A stretch of DNA of 64,000 bases from Lingula anatina. Lineage: Eukaryota > Animalia > Brachiopoda. The notes beneath the pieces are model-generated. The model ran no database searches. It had not been told where the DNA came from and saw nothing but the letters and a program-made list of their open reading frames with translations. The position numbers and the translations under genes were made by a program. Positions 19,097 to 32,196 of this stretch are shown here, piece after piece (within the stretch, counting starts at the first letter, position 1; every line of letters begins with the position of its first letter). The stretch spans positions 25,362,848 to 25,426,847 of the forward strand of contig CM120643.1 in NCBI GenBank assembly GCA_051362555.1. The letters are read 5' to 3'.

Positions 19097-20455
19097 CCTC
19101 TGGTCAAACTGATATTTATTTTAATTTTTAATGTGTCTCCAAGTAGGGGACATGGGCCATTCAGAATTTTTATAGTTTAGGAATGAGCTGATTATGCAGA
19201 CTTTTAATATGATACATGTGCGATTTTGTCTCAACTGTGACATTGTTAGTAGAGTCTTGGACATAATATTCCTAATTTTGTCCATGGTTGAGTTGAAGTT
19301 TGGTAGTTTACCGGGTTCAACTGAGATGTGCTCATAAGCCAGTGACATTTCCTGGGTGCTTCCAGTGTAAAAGGCCAGCATTGGTGATGCATTTTCTTTT
19401 ACCATAAGGTGTTAATGTACATGCAAATGGTTTGAGCAGCTCATGGTCATTGTGTGCAATGTGTCAGCCATTCTCCCCCCTCCCCCAACCTTTACCCAAT
19501 CCCTTAAACTTTCTTTATAAATAGGTTTTTATATAAGAAAATGTCGATTCTCATCTAAAAAAAAGAACTTCTCTTACTAACTTGTTAAGGGTGTACATGT
19601 AAGATCAGAAATGTCCTTTCAGAACTACATTAATTTTAAATTAAAATTAACAATTTTTACTCACCAAACATTCAGTGTTCACTGGCTGGCTCTAAACGTA
19701 TTCATTGTAACAGTTATAAAGACACTTGCTTTTGGTCATTGACTGTGATTTTAGACAACCATTTCATTTTATAGATAAATTGTTATTGTCACTTGTGCAT
19801 TTATTTTTTTCCTTTGTCCCTAATACTGATATCTGTGCTTTTACAGTACACAAAGATGTCAAAATTCTCATAGTTTATTAAATATTTCATGTGTTGTTTT
19901 CCCCACCAGCAGCTGTAGAGATATTTCTTATTCCGCTTGTAATTTTAGATATCACTGGCTGATATTAAATACTGCTTGTGATGATGTTTAATAAGAACTT
20001 AGAAAACTGTTTACAGGGAGGGACTATGGGATGTATTACAAAAGTCTTTTACATTAAACTTGCATAGGTACATTGCAGAATGCAAACAGATATTTGATTT
20101 GTGGCAGTGTTCTGGCTAGTAATAGTTTGTTTCAGATAGTCAAGAAAAGGTTTGTATCTTAATATATCTAAATTTTGATTTATGATTCTAAATGTAGAAT
20201 AGGAAAATGTTGTGTAAGGTTGATGATCATAATACCATTCCTTATAAATAATCCTTTCAGGGAAATGTTTTATAGTAACATTTTGTCCAGATCTGTGCTG
20301 CAGATGAGATGAGAAAGGCATTATATAGGGCAGCTGTTACCTCAAAAAATTAACTTTTTGAAAAAACATAGTCTTCACATCGACTTCCTAAGAGAGAACA
20401 CACACTAAATTATAGATTTTCTTGAAGTGACTGTAGTGTGTATTTTATATGTAAT

Positions 20456-20651
20456 CAGTGTTTGCCTCTTAGGAAAATCAGTTGCTGGACCAAAAGTTCA
20501 GCCATCTTGAGAAGTAGCTGGCTCGAATGCCTGCCAGGTGGGAAAACTTCTTAGCCCGTTTTGAAAGTTGTCAGTGTTATGTACAACTTTCAGAAGGGGC
20601 TGAGAAGTTTTCAGCCACGGGCAGACGGTCCAGCGTTAATTTCTAACACTG
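20456..20651. mobile_element. hAT-like MITE with 8-bp TSD
   Basis: CAGTGTT...AACACTG ends. TATGTAAT duplicated at 20448-20455 and 20652-20659. Confidence 0.7.
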
Positions 20652-22990
20652 TATGTAATGATACATATGAAGATTTTAAAGAAATAGAATATTTTTTCTA
20701 CATGGATTTTGTGGGTTATGTGTATGTCTTATAAACATGGTTTTGTGTTTGTTCAATTATTAATGCATTCATTGCATCATGATGATGGCATTGGTGGTGT
20801 CAAGCTAGCTTTAATTATAATAACATAAAAATCTTTCACTGCGTCACCAGTGTGTGTACTGAAATTTAAAGAAAAAAATGCATAAATATTTTTTTTACAG
20901 CCAGAAGACATAACCTACAACATCAGTTCAAATATTATATATTCTGGTTTGAACTAATTGGTTATCATATTTGTATTGTCTTATGATGAAAGCATTCATC
21001 ATACAGTTTACATGTTTAGAAATTCAACACAATGTTTTAAGGAGTCATTATAGTGGGTATTTTAGTGGTGCTCTTCAAATGCAAGTATCTTATTTTTTAT
21101 CCCTCAGAATTATTTAGATTTGGAGCCCAAATGAGTGTAACCTAATAGTCTCTGTCTGCTAGTGGCTTTGGAGGCTGCAATTTGCTCCATTGTGCAATTT
21201 TTTGTAAGGATACCAAATGACCTCAGTTGTGAGATTTTTTTAGACGCCAATATGTAAAAACAATGGCAAAATGAAAGTGATAGCTTGTAGCTGGCAGCTA
21301 GGGTTAAAGTAGATACGACACTAAGGATACTGTAATTACCCAATCTTTTCAATGGGGGGAAAATTGTGAATTTTACAGACACTGTATTTTTAAGGCAGAA
21401 TTTCTTAAATTAAAGCATTCCTATTGAGTAGTAATAACAAAATTAAAGAATTGACTACTCTATACACCACAACTGCTGTATAATTATATTATTCTTGTGA
21501 TTATAAAATTATGTATCACAAAATTTGATCATTTTTGTCCATTGAAAAGATGAAGTAATAACCATACTTGTTGAGAACTTAGTTAAAATTGTGAAAACAA
21601 GCAGGGATAGACAATTATATTAAATTACAGTTAAGGTTGCTTGATTTTTGCTCATAGATCCATGACTACAGCCAGATTTTTTTTTTTTTACGAAGGGCTT
21701 GTCCAGCTTTGAAATTTTTTTTTTTACAAAATCAATTTCTATTGTTCCAATCTAGCACCGCCTGCTGGACTTATTAACCATCTAAAATATAGGGGTTGGA
21801 TCGTAACATGTTCACTTTACTATTTATGCAAAATACAAAACATTATGATAAACATTGAATATTGTTTTTTGTTTTTTTTAGTCATTATAAACCACTTGTC
21901 TGTTCAGTTATCATCATCATTCTTTGGGTACAGGGGTGGATGGGTGTATCCCTGCTTCCACACACGCCATAAAACAGATCAAATCTCAGCTCCGAGGTTT
22001 AATTGCTAGGCCCCTGCAGCAACGACGTGTGGAGGCAGAGAGACCATCAGCATCATCTCTTTTGAAGTGTGGTCGGTCATATTTAGTCGGCAGATCAGTT
22101 AGTACTGGAATCATCTATTCTGAATGTCTCCCTACTGCGTTCTCTCCACTGCATCACTGTAGCCTGCTCACACATACCACAAACACAGACATTCTTTGTA
22201 AATACATCATTTAGAGCACTGATATATGCCACAGATTCATTAATTGCATATTATATTCTAAACTATGAAATAAATACATGGAACATGACAATATTTCAGT
22301 CCAGTACTATCTACATCAATAATTATAAGTGGAAGTCCTTGATTTTGAATTTGACCCCAAAAAGTCGTGTTTATTGTTGCAAAGCGCTATTCTACATTCC
22401 TCAACAAGTGATGTAGGGCATCTTTGGTCTATTTAACTGGTTGTTTACGTGAAAATAAAATTTAATTTTTATTTAATTTTGGTTAAAATGGTTTTAAAGG
22501 TACATACGAACCAAGCATCGATGGAGCATGGATTCCCAGTAACACATATAAACCACTTCTACTAGTTTCTTATATGACTCGAGTAAATTTGACATGCGAA
22601 GGGATAAACTGAATGGATCATTCGATCATCTGTAAAAGAGCTTTAGACTGCTCCTTTCTTTAAATTTTTGGTCTGAATTTTAACCTACTTTCGTGACCTA
22701 CTTTTCTGCCTCATTGACATACAGCACAGAAATCCATTCAAACATTTTCGGGTAAAATTAAACAATGCCTTTTGGTAATACTCTTAATTATACTACTTGA
22801 AACTATATGCTGGCATTTGGTTGGCTTTTGTGGCAAAAAATTGATTTATATGCATCTATAAGGTTTATAATCATGGTAACAATGATAATAATAGTCCTGT
22901 TTCCTAAAAGTAAATAAGATATTCTCCTTTTGTCTATAAAATTAATCCGCATGAAGAAAACCTCCATTTCAAAAGGCACACCATATGGCT

Positions 22991-25900
22991 TTACAACACA
23001 TCTGCCAGGTGTTGCTTGCCTTCTGATTCTTTAAAATGGGGTGGCCAGGATTTCTGGACAGAAGGACGCTTGCTCACAGCATCATAGTAGGCAGCCAGCT
23101 TGGGAAATGTAGGGCCAAGCTTCAGACCATTCCGGACTAAAAATGCCAGAGTTGGGAAGAAAAAGGCGTCTGCCATAGTGAACTCTCCTCCATCAAGATA
23201 AGTTCCCCCTGCCTTAAAAGAGAATTTTTTTTAGCAATAACAACATAACAAGGGCTGGACTGTCACTTTCTATGAATACACCACCCACGTCCCTGCAAGG
23301 TTAGAAATACTGTCACACAAACTAAAATTTTTGCAGACAGCAAGTAAAGCTATGGTTTTCTTAATTCAACCAATATATTTTTCAATTTTTCAAAAAAGGA
23401 CAGCTAGTGCTTTACACAAATACTATACACATTTATATTACTTAGGACTATTTCAAGAAATATAAATTAAAGATAGGTGAAATGCCTATGTCTTGAAGGT
23501 ACTGGGACTCCACACTTACTGGCAGAAACAACTCAAACATCTTTTTTATCAGCATATTGATTTAAATTTTCTTCTATCTTATCCAAAATGACAAAATACT
23601 AATTTATCTTTTTACAATTGTATTCTTTTCATCCATTTTGCTCACTTAGACTTATTTATTATTTTTTGTGTGGACATTTGCAAAACCACTCAGTTATCTT
23701 CTATCACTTGAATACACTTCACAACCATGGACTGAGTAAAAACAAACCACAGGGGAATTCTTGCCAGGTGTTTTTTTTTTCCTTTAAATCAAAAATGGGT
23801 TTGATAAGATGATTTCCCTAGTGAATCCGCACACAGCTCAGCATACTTACTTTCACTAGATATCCCTCCCACGTTGCCAGTTCTTCCTTCAGTGCTGCCT
23901 TACCTTTCTTCATCTTTTCCTGAAATATAACCATAAGAAGATCATTAAACTACATATTGAATGATAGAATATTTTATTGAAAAAAATGTTTAATTTTGCA
24001 ACATAAAACTTTCTTTTGATCTTCTCTCTTGTCTTTACTACTTACTCTTAATTTTCACCTGGCATATTCCAAAAAAAAAAAAAAAAAAAATTTAAGCTAA
24101 AGCAACAATTACCTTTTACATAATATCATTTTACTGAAATACTGTGCTTATTTAAATATTCATATTCAGTGTTCATTAATACAACTATCTGATCTTAATC
24201 CACTCTGTATATAAATTTAATGGGGTTGAAATATTTAATGTTCAAATGCTTAACTGTCCAGTTTACCTGGTCAATATCTTCTGGCTTTTTTGCAAAAAAG
24301 TATTGGCCCAGAACATCCTCAAAGGCTACCTTGTTAAATGATGGCACCTGAGGAAACAAAATCATCCAATTAATTAATGCTCTAGAAACTCCATAAAGAG
24401 AACAGTGTGTGCGTGAGTAAATGTGGGGGGGGGGGGGGGGGGGGGAGGGGGGGGGGGGGAGAGAGGGGGAGAACAAGAGACAGAGAGAGACAGATGGACA
24501 AACGGACAGACAGTAGGGAGGGAGTGTATCAAAAAAAGGAAGAATAAGAAGGAAAGAAAAAGAAAGAAAGAAAAGAGCAGACAGACCACTGAGGGATGGG
24601 AAGGAAGGAAGGGGACATTAAATTATGATAAATGCTCCACCTCAAACATTCTCTGCAGAACATTGGCCTTCCTGGCTGGCTCACTGGGAATCAGCTGGGT
24701 TCCAGATCTGTATGTGTCCTGAAAAATTTGTACTAAAAATTATATCCTATTTACAACAGTTTGCTGTGCTCCTTAAATTTACATGTGGGAACTAAACTGG
24801 TATACTAATTTCAAAGCAAATTTTGAAAGATAGAGCAGGCCCACACAGAAATTTATTATAATTATTATTAATATTATAATTACTATTATTATGTAAATTG
24901 AGAACAAGATTTAAAGTAAAATATGTATGTTTGAAAATGTCCTAAAATCATATATATTTTCATGTCATAGGCAAATATCTTGAAAAGCTATTAAATTTAT
25001 CTTGAATTCCCAGTTCAGGCCTTAAAAATGATAAAAGCTTTCAAATAAAAGGATGTATATACCTTCTGGGATGTCAGAAAGACATGGTGGTTTAAATGAA
25101 CAGTGATTCATTAAGAACAATTTTAAGTTATTCCATTAGAAATTCTAAAACATTCACATATACATCCAAGTGCAGGGATGAAAATTAGACTTGGTTATAG
25201 AAAACCTCCAATGTAAGTTGTAAATTGTATAATATTTGATTTAATAAAATGATAATATTCAGCATTACACGTACATTGCATGTACCAATCTCTTACCTCC
25301 AGAAACAAACATGATGCATTGGACTCATTGATCACAAGATTTCCACATTTGAATGTTGGAACCTGAAAGTAAAATCAACATGTCAATTAATTTAGTTAAT
25401 CTGTGATGGAAATGTTTGACCCTTAGTTTGACCTACTATATATGTAGGTCCATAAGAATCTACACTGGCCAAATCAATTCCAAGGGCCAAATGAAAACTG
25501 AAAATGCACAAATTAACATATTTTTACTGCTTAGATTTTACTGGTTTTCAATGCCAAGGCTGGTATGTAACTATATATGATACAACAATGAATGTGGCCT
25601 ACAAGAATGTAATTATATTGAGGTGAAGCAATTATCCTATTGTTTGAAGCAACAGCTGTGGGATAATATGTACTGTTTATATTAAAATGAATTAATAAAA
25701 TTTTCTTTAAATAAACTAGTATAACTTATAGATCAATTCATTATGTTAATGTCTTTGAAGAGGAATGGCACACAGTCCAATCGGCAGTTGCATAATGTTT
25801 ACTCATCCTTAGTGCAAACAGTTACTATATTTACTTAATGGTTCAATTATTGGCTTGCTTAAATGACTCGGTCTTCAAGACTGCAGTATGATTTCGAACA

Positions 25901-26541
25901 TAACTAGATGTACGTAAAACTACAAAAATTGCTTGACATGGTGACACCAGTTGGAAGTACAGTAATAATCATTCAGTCACCAGCCCAGCAGTAGTCAACA
26001 TCCGCATACCCAGTACTTTCTTATTGTGGAACTTGACTCACCTGTCTAAATTAAGGCAATATGTATGGGATTTCTGTTGCCTTAATATATCCCTACTTTG
26101 AATTTTAGTAAATTACCTGTCCTTATATCCTAAGAGAATGCAACATTCTTTTTAAGTGATGAAAACCTTTACACAAGCCTTAAAAATTTGCAGACTGAAG
26201 GAAAAGCAAAGCAAGTGAGGCACTGCACCCAAAGTTTAGTTTTTTTTCTTCCCCACTTCCCCCACCCTTCTTTTTATGCAACTCTTTTCAGTCTCATTTA
26301 CAGATCATTGACAAACACAGAATAATCATAGTTGTCACTTTAACCTCTAAGAAATTTAATTTACCTGTCCGCGAGGGTTCAACTTAAGCACTTCATCAGA
26401 TTTGTGCCCCTTCTCTGAGAACGAAATTATCTTCTTCTCGCAGTCCGACAGTCCTTTCTCCTCCAGTACTATCATCAAGCGCCAGCAAGGGGGACTACCT
26501 GAGCCCCAGTAAAGAAGCATGTCTTTGCCTGTGCCTGCCAT
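22991..26541 (-). CDS. gstr: Glutathione S-transferase, rho class, copy 1, 230 aa
   Basis: Exons 26541-26365, 25362-25297, 24718-24641, 24347-24267, 23919-23851, 23212-22991, GT-AG, 693 nt. Motifs MLLYWGSGSPPCWR.MIVLEEK, LNPRGQVPTF, INES, FTMAD and RPSVQKSWPPH. Confidence 0.93.
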
Positions 26542-28447
26542 TTTCGCTTGTGTTACAAGACTAGAACAACACACCCTAAAAATGCAAGTCACTGTGGCAG
26601 CTTTTAAGTTGGGATTGGTGGGCAGACCGGAAACAGTGGACATATAGCCCTCTAGAGGCAACTTATGAATGTGGCAATTCAAAGCTGGCAGTCCTTGGAA
26701 TGTCTTACCCTATATATTGATTGTTTGAGGGTAAACACTCACTGTTTGACCATTTTCAAATGGATCTCTTATGGAAGATAAAGGCCACCAACGCCCACCC
26801 TAATACCCCTCTTCAGTGATTAAAGATTGCGTAAAAGGCTTTACTGAAGAGAAAGGACACGAAAACAATTGTATTGTCACTTTAAATTCTGGAATGCAGT
26901 GTACTATAACAGATGATTTCTAGAGAGAAAGAGCAAAATTAATGCAGTATTTTTCAATTCCATTTCTGCCATATACATTGATGAATGCGCCAAGAAGGAA
27001 TCTTTAAAGAAGAAAATGCTGAAAAAAAAATTAAAATTACGCATACTTCATAAACCTTACTGTTGTAATGATATGCACATATTATAAAAGCAAGGATTGA
27101 ACCCCAGGAGTGTTTTTTTTACAATAACTTTAATTGCTATTTCGTAAAAAAAAAAATTGCCCACTAAAAGTCATCTAGGTAAATAACAGATGGCTGCATA
27201 AAGCTTACACAAGGTTTCCTCCTTGTAAGGTTAATTTTCTACTTTGTACACTCATCATGTAACACAACATTAAGAATTATCCATCTTGAGTCATAACATA
27301 ATCATTATCATTTTTTACTATGCTCTCTTTTATTGATTTGATCAATAGGTATATTATAAATCTTTGCAAAGAAAAGGCTCTGCTGTAAGTACAAGTAAAA
27401 ACAGTTGATTATCCTGATCAGTTGTTTCATTGGCATAGACAATAGAAAAATACTGTATTTTGTAGAATCTAATGCTTTTCGTTATAAATCATATCACACT
27501 TCAGTCTAAGTCAACATCTTCTGGATACCTGTTTACATGTACACTGAATAAATATTAAAGAAGCCAAATGCCATCTAAAGCAATAACTATCAAATGACAT
27601 TCAATATTATGCCTGACATCGATTATAAAAAGTCCTTTTGTATTAATTACTGGCTCCAAGAAATACATAATTATTACTTTGTCACTGCACTAATGCTGCC
27701 ACAACAAGGTCTCAAATATTTGTCTATTTTATAAAAAATTTTCATGTAACTGGTTTCATACATTTAACTGCTTAATTAGCCCTGTTAACCCTGAACTAGG
27801 TGCATTAAAAAAAATAAGAAAAACTGACAGCCAAACTGGTTAATATGCCTTAGTCTCCCTGATGTTTAAAATTTTTTTCTTTTATAATACAATGTGAATC
27901 TTCCAACTTTATTCCACCTAAATATCAAATAAAACAGAACTTGGATTCTTAATTTTGCTTATGAAAGGAACAGCTCAGTTCATATTGTATACAACAGAAC
28001 TTTTGATACATTTATGTTATGTTAAAACAAACGAAAGGCACAGCTCTGTAACAAAAAAGCTGTCATGCTGTATTTGTATATCTCAAACAGCACACTTACT
28101 AATCTATGACTACACTGATACATTATCAATTTGTGCCAAACAGACTTGTTCTCTTGAATGATATATTTGAATTTATAAAATGTATATCTCACAAATAGTT
28201 TAATGCTTAATCATGCCTACATACAGAATGTTGTCAACTACACAAATAGTTTTAAAGTTGTATTGTGTTTACAACTGTAGTCCATCATTTTCCTCATTTT
28301 CCACTGAACAACAAATACTTCTATCTGTACTAACAAAGAATGTGTTTTTATGCAATGGCAAGCAATATGCATGAAAAAAAATTATAGAGATGTATTCCAA
28401 AGGCATAACCTACATCAATACCCCTCCTGAAGTGCATGCATATGGCT

Positions 28448-29547
28448 TTACAACACATCTGCCAGGTGGGGTTTGCCTTCGGTGTCCTTAAAATGGGGTG
28501 GCCAGGATTTCTCAACAGAAGGACGCTTGCTCACAGCATCGTAGTAGGCAGCCAGCTTGGGGAATGTAGGGGCAAGCTTCAGACCATTCCGGACTAAAAA
28601 TGCCAGACTTGGGAAGAAAATGGCATCTGCCATGGTGAACTCTCCTCCGTCAAGAAAAGTTCCCCCTGCCTAAAAAGGAAGATTATTTCTATAGCACCTT
28701 GACTAAAATTAAACTGTGGACAATTATTCTTTCAAGTCAATGCCCTAATTTCCAAAAGATTAACAGAGTGCTTACAAAGATTCTGCCCATCAATATTATT
28801 ATGGACTATTTTAACTTCAGCAGTTGTAGTAAGATAAAGCTATTTCTCTTCTTTAGACTAGAGACAGCTTGTTATGTTGAGAGAGAGGTGATCAATCTTG
28901 CGCAACATTACCTGACACAAACTGTAGAATTTTCAAATGATATGATAATCATGATTTCGGCTTCTCTTTTCTTTGAGTTTAACTTCTGCCTTAATTCAAA
29001 GTGATCATCATACAAGAAGTCTTAGAACACTATAAGAGTAGACAGGTAATGCTTTCCAAAGATTTGCTCCATATGTTAAGTCATAACTGTTGAGCTCAGT
29101 ACATACTTTCACTACATATCCCTCCCACATTGCCAGTTCTTCCTTCAGTGCTGCTTTACTTTTCTTCATCTTTTCCTGAAATAAAACACAGTATTACAGA
29201 AAAAGTTTTTTTTGTAACTATAAATCTATTTATATCTTCTACTGAAAAAATAAGTCTCATGCATGACTTATATCCCATATAACATATCTAGTATATTCCA
29301 GGGACTAATAGAACTTAACCATCAACATCAATGCCCCTTTATTTCTGTATAAGAATATTTTATTTCCTTATCATTTTTATTTTTAAGCCATCTCATGTTC
29401 CTATTTACCTGGTCTAACTCTTCTGGCTTTTTGAACATGTATAAGTACAAAAGATCTTCCATTGCTTTCTTGGTGAAAGATGGCACCTGAGGAAACATAA
29501 AAAACATTTCAAGTTAATACTGAGACTAGAAAGTAGCATATCATAGG

Positions 29548-29584
<37 letters not shown>

Positions 29585-30506
29585 TAGGGATGGAAGGAAT
29601 GAGTGAAAAATAATGTCCCACCTCAAACATTCTCTGTAGAACATTGGCCTTCCTGGCTGGCTCACTGGGAATCAGCTGTAGTCCCTGGGATTTGTAGGTG
29701 TCCTGAAAAATTGAAGTTTCACACTTCACCTTCACACTTTCCTTTTGCTGCTTCAAAGGATTTTTGAAAAGCTTTAAACAAGCTGATCTTCAAATACAAG
29801 TGCAGAATTTTTAACATCAGTATCATAATACTTTTATGAAGTGTAGGATTTGCTTACCTCCAGGTACAAGCATGCCGCAAATGACTCGTTGATGATGATG
29901 TCCCCACACTTGAACGTTGGAACCTGGAAGTTTAAATTCATGTATAATTGACATTATGCAAATTTTCTTTAACATGCACACATTTTAAATAAATCAGCTA
30001 ACCTGTTTTGGTAAAGTATACAGTTTTTTTTTTCCATGATACATTAGGTCCATTGTACACCGACTGTATAGGTTCAAGTTACAGTGAAAACATATGACAC
30101 CAGGGCACAAGGAAGAAAAATATGCTTGCTTTTATCTCATTTCACTAGTTATAGTGGTACCGACTTACTGAAGGGGGAGTAGGAGAAGAAAAGGGGTACC
30201 TCCATTTAGTAAAGGGGAATGTGTGCCACAAACTGGAGTCTCACTTAACATCAAACTGACATGTAATAACACTTCATATTTGCTCATCATAACTCAGGAC
30301 CTGCAAATAAATTTCTCCAAAACAGATCTTGACCAAAAGATAAACACTGCTTTGAGTCCAAGATACAGGGCCGTAGCCTGAGAAAATGCCAGGGGGGGCA
30401 GTAAGCGGACACGAGGGTGCGAAGCTACCGAGGGGGGAGGGTGTGGTGTGTAAAATTCCAAATTCCAGGGGGGCAGCTGCCCCCCCCTGCCCCCCTGCCC
30501 CCCCCC

Positions 30507-30548
<42 letters not shown>

Positions 30549-31107
30549 AGGCTACGGCCCTGAGATATATGCAAATGTCTGAAATGTACTTAAATGTAAT
30601 TTGGTGTTCATGCAGAATCCAAATAATAATTTAGTTATTTTGAAGTTTAAAGCAATTTTTTGATGTCACTTGGGTGATAAGGGTGACCTGGACAAACCCG
30701 GCAGTACCTAAGGTCAAACATTTTTGTAAATGGACTTCACATGTCGAAATGAAATGCAAGCTAGCACAGTGTCACTGTCAGAAAACTAAATTATATATAC
30801 GATCATTTGGCAGCTACCGGTAGACTACACTTGAGCACGCCAAGAGCTGTAGATCTATATGCGATTCCTCTATAAAAATCCAATTAAGTAAACTTGTCCA
30901 CTTAATCACTGATGCTCACAGCGTACTTACCTGTCCGCGAGGGTTCAGCTTGAGGATTTCGTCCGATTTGTGCCCCTTATCTGAGAACGAAATAAGCTTC
31001 TTCTCGCAGTCTGACAGTCCTTTCTCCTCCAGTACAATCATCACACGCCAGCAAGGAGAGCTGCCCGAGCCCCAATAGAGGAGCATGTCTTTGCCTGTGT
31101 CTGCCAT
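28448..31107 (-). CDS. gstr: Glutathione S-transferase, rho class, copy 2, 230 aa
   Basis: Exons 31107-30931, 29923-29858, 29702-29622, 29486-29409, 29175-29107, 28669-28448. GT-AG, 693 nt, open frame. Confidence 0.93.
30366..30562. mobile_element. Non-autonomous DNA transposon, CAGG...CCTG ends, 5-bp TSD, in GST2 intron 1
   Basis: CAGGGCCGTAGCCT...AGGCTACGGCCCTG with a long C run. AGATA at 30361-30365 and 30563-30567. Confidence 0.85.
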
Positions 31108-31261
31108 ATTTGCTTGTTCCTAAAGATTGCGTAACCTAAAAAATGCAAGTCACTGTTTTCCACCGAGATATACAGGTGGTGTCCCTTGTGCGCGTGCACG
31201 TAACCCGAGCCCTAGATAAGCCGGGTACTCTCGGCTGATTCCGTACAGACACGGAAATACC

Positions 31262-32196
31262 CACGCTCGGCTGTCACCTTGATTGGATAGTAAACGATTG
31301 TCGTAAAATCGCTAAATGATATTAAAACCGGGTGCATAAACTTGAAAACCACCTACAACAACCTTGGACTGCCACATTAATCCAATACAATGCAAACATA
31401 AACTATAACAAGTGGTTAAAGCCTTTAAACCGAATGTCGTAAAGTCCCCATATACCTCCATAGAGACAATAAAATATAGTAAGCTTCTGAAACAAGAAAA
31501 ATCCAGTTCCAACATAATAATCGAAATAAAATACTGCCGGGCATCGGAGCCCCCTAAAACTTGGCACGCTTACCGCTAATACTGCAGGCTACATCATCCC
31601 GTCGCTCGTTTGTAAATTCCGTGCATGGCATACGCACAATCAAACCGTAAAAAACAAGTTCTCGGGGTGTCGTTGGCCAGGTCCACTCTAACCTACCATT
31701 ACGAAAAAGAAGCCATGCCATTGGACAATGCGACCTCTGCGGTTACGTCATTTCCTGAATTGGATTGTTGCGTGGACCTGGCCAACGACACCCCGAGAAT
31801 TTGTTTTTTACGGTTTGATTGTGCGTATGCCATGCACGGAATTTACAAACGAGCGACGGGATGATGTAGCCTGCAGTATTAGCGGTAAGCGTGCCAAGTT
31901 TTAGGGGGCTCCGATGCCCGGCAGTATTTTATTTCGATTATTATGTTGGAACTGGATTTTTCTTGTTTCAGAAGCTTACTATATTTTATTGTCTCTATGG
32001 AGGTATATGGGGACTTTACGACATTCGGTTTAAAGGCTTTAACCACTTGTTATAGTTTATGTTTGCATTGTATTGGATTAATGTGGCAGTCCAAGGTTGT
32101 TGTAGGTGGTTTTCAAGTTTATGCACCCGGTTTTAATATCATTTAGCGATTTTACGACAATCGTTTACTATCCAATCAAGGTGACAGCCGAGCGTG
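31262..32196. mobile_element. Foldback element with 425-bp inverted arms and 85-bp spacer
   Basis: Left arm 31262-31686 is the reverse complement of 31772-32196, with one mismatch seen. GAAATACC is duplicated at 31254-31261 and 32197-32204. The element is absent from the paralogous GST3 promoter (~36800-36815). Confidence 0.93.

Noticed and set aside
21924-22214. 96-aa ORF in a GC-richer patch between SLC66A2 and GST1
   Set aside because: Starts at TTG, no recognisable motif, no convincing splice partners.
26579-26595. CAGTGACTTGCATTTTT conserved ~40 bp upstream of all three GST ATGs as a possible antioxidant response element
   Set aside because: TGAC-nn-GC is one base short of TGACnnnGC, and the position fits an initiator or 5' UTR better.
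30386-30634. Poly-proline ORF
   Set aside because: Comes from the C run of the 5-bp-TSD element in GST2 intron 1.
31312-32146. Two identical 67-aa ORFs on opposite strands
   Set aside because: Mirror images produced by the foldback arms; no protein motif.
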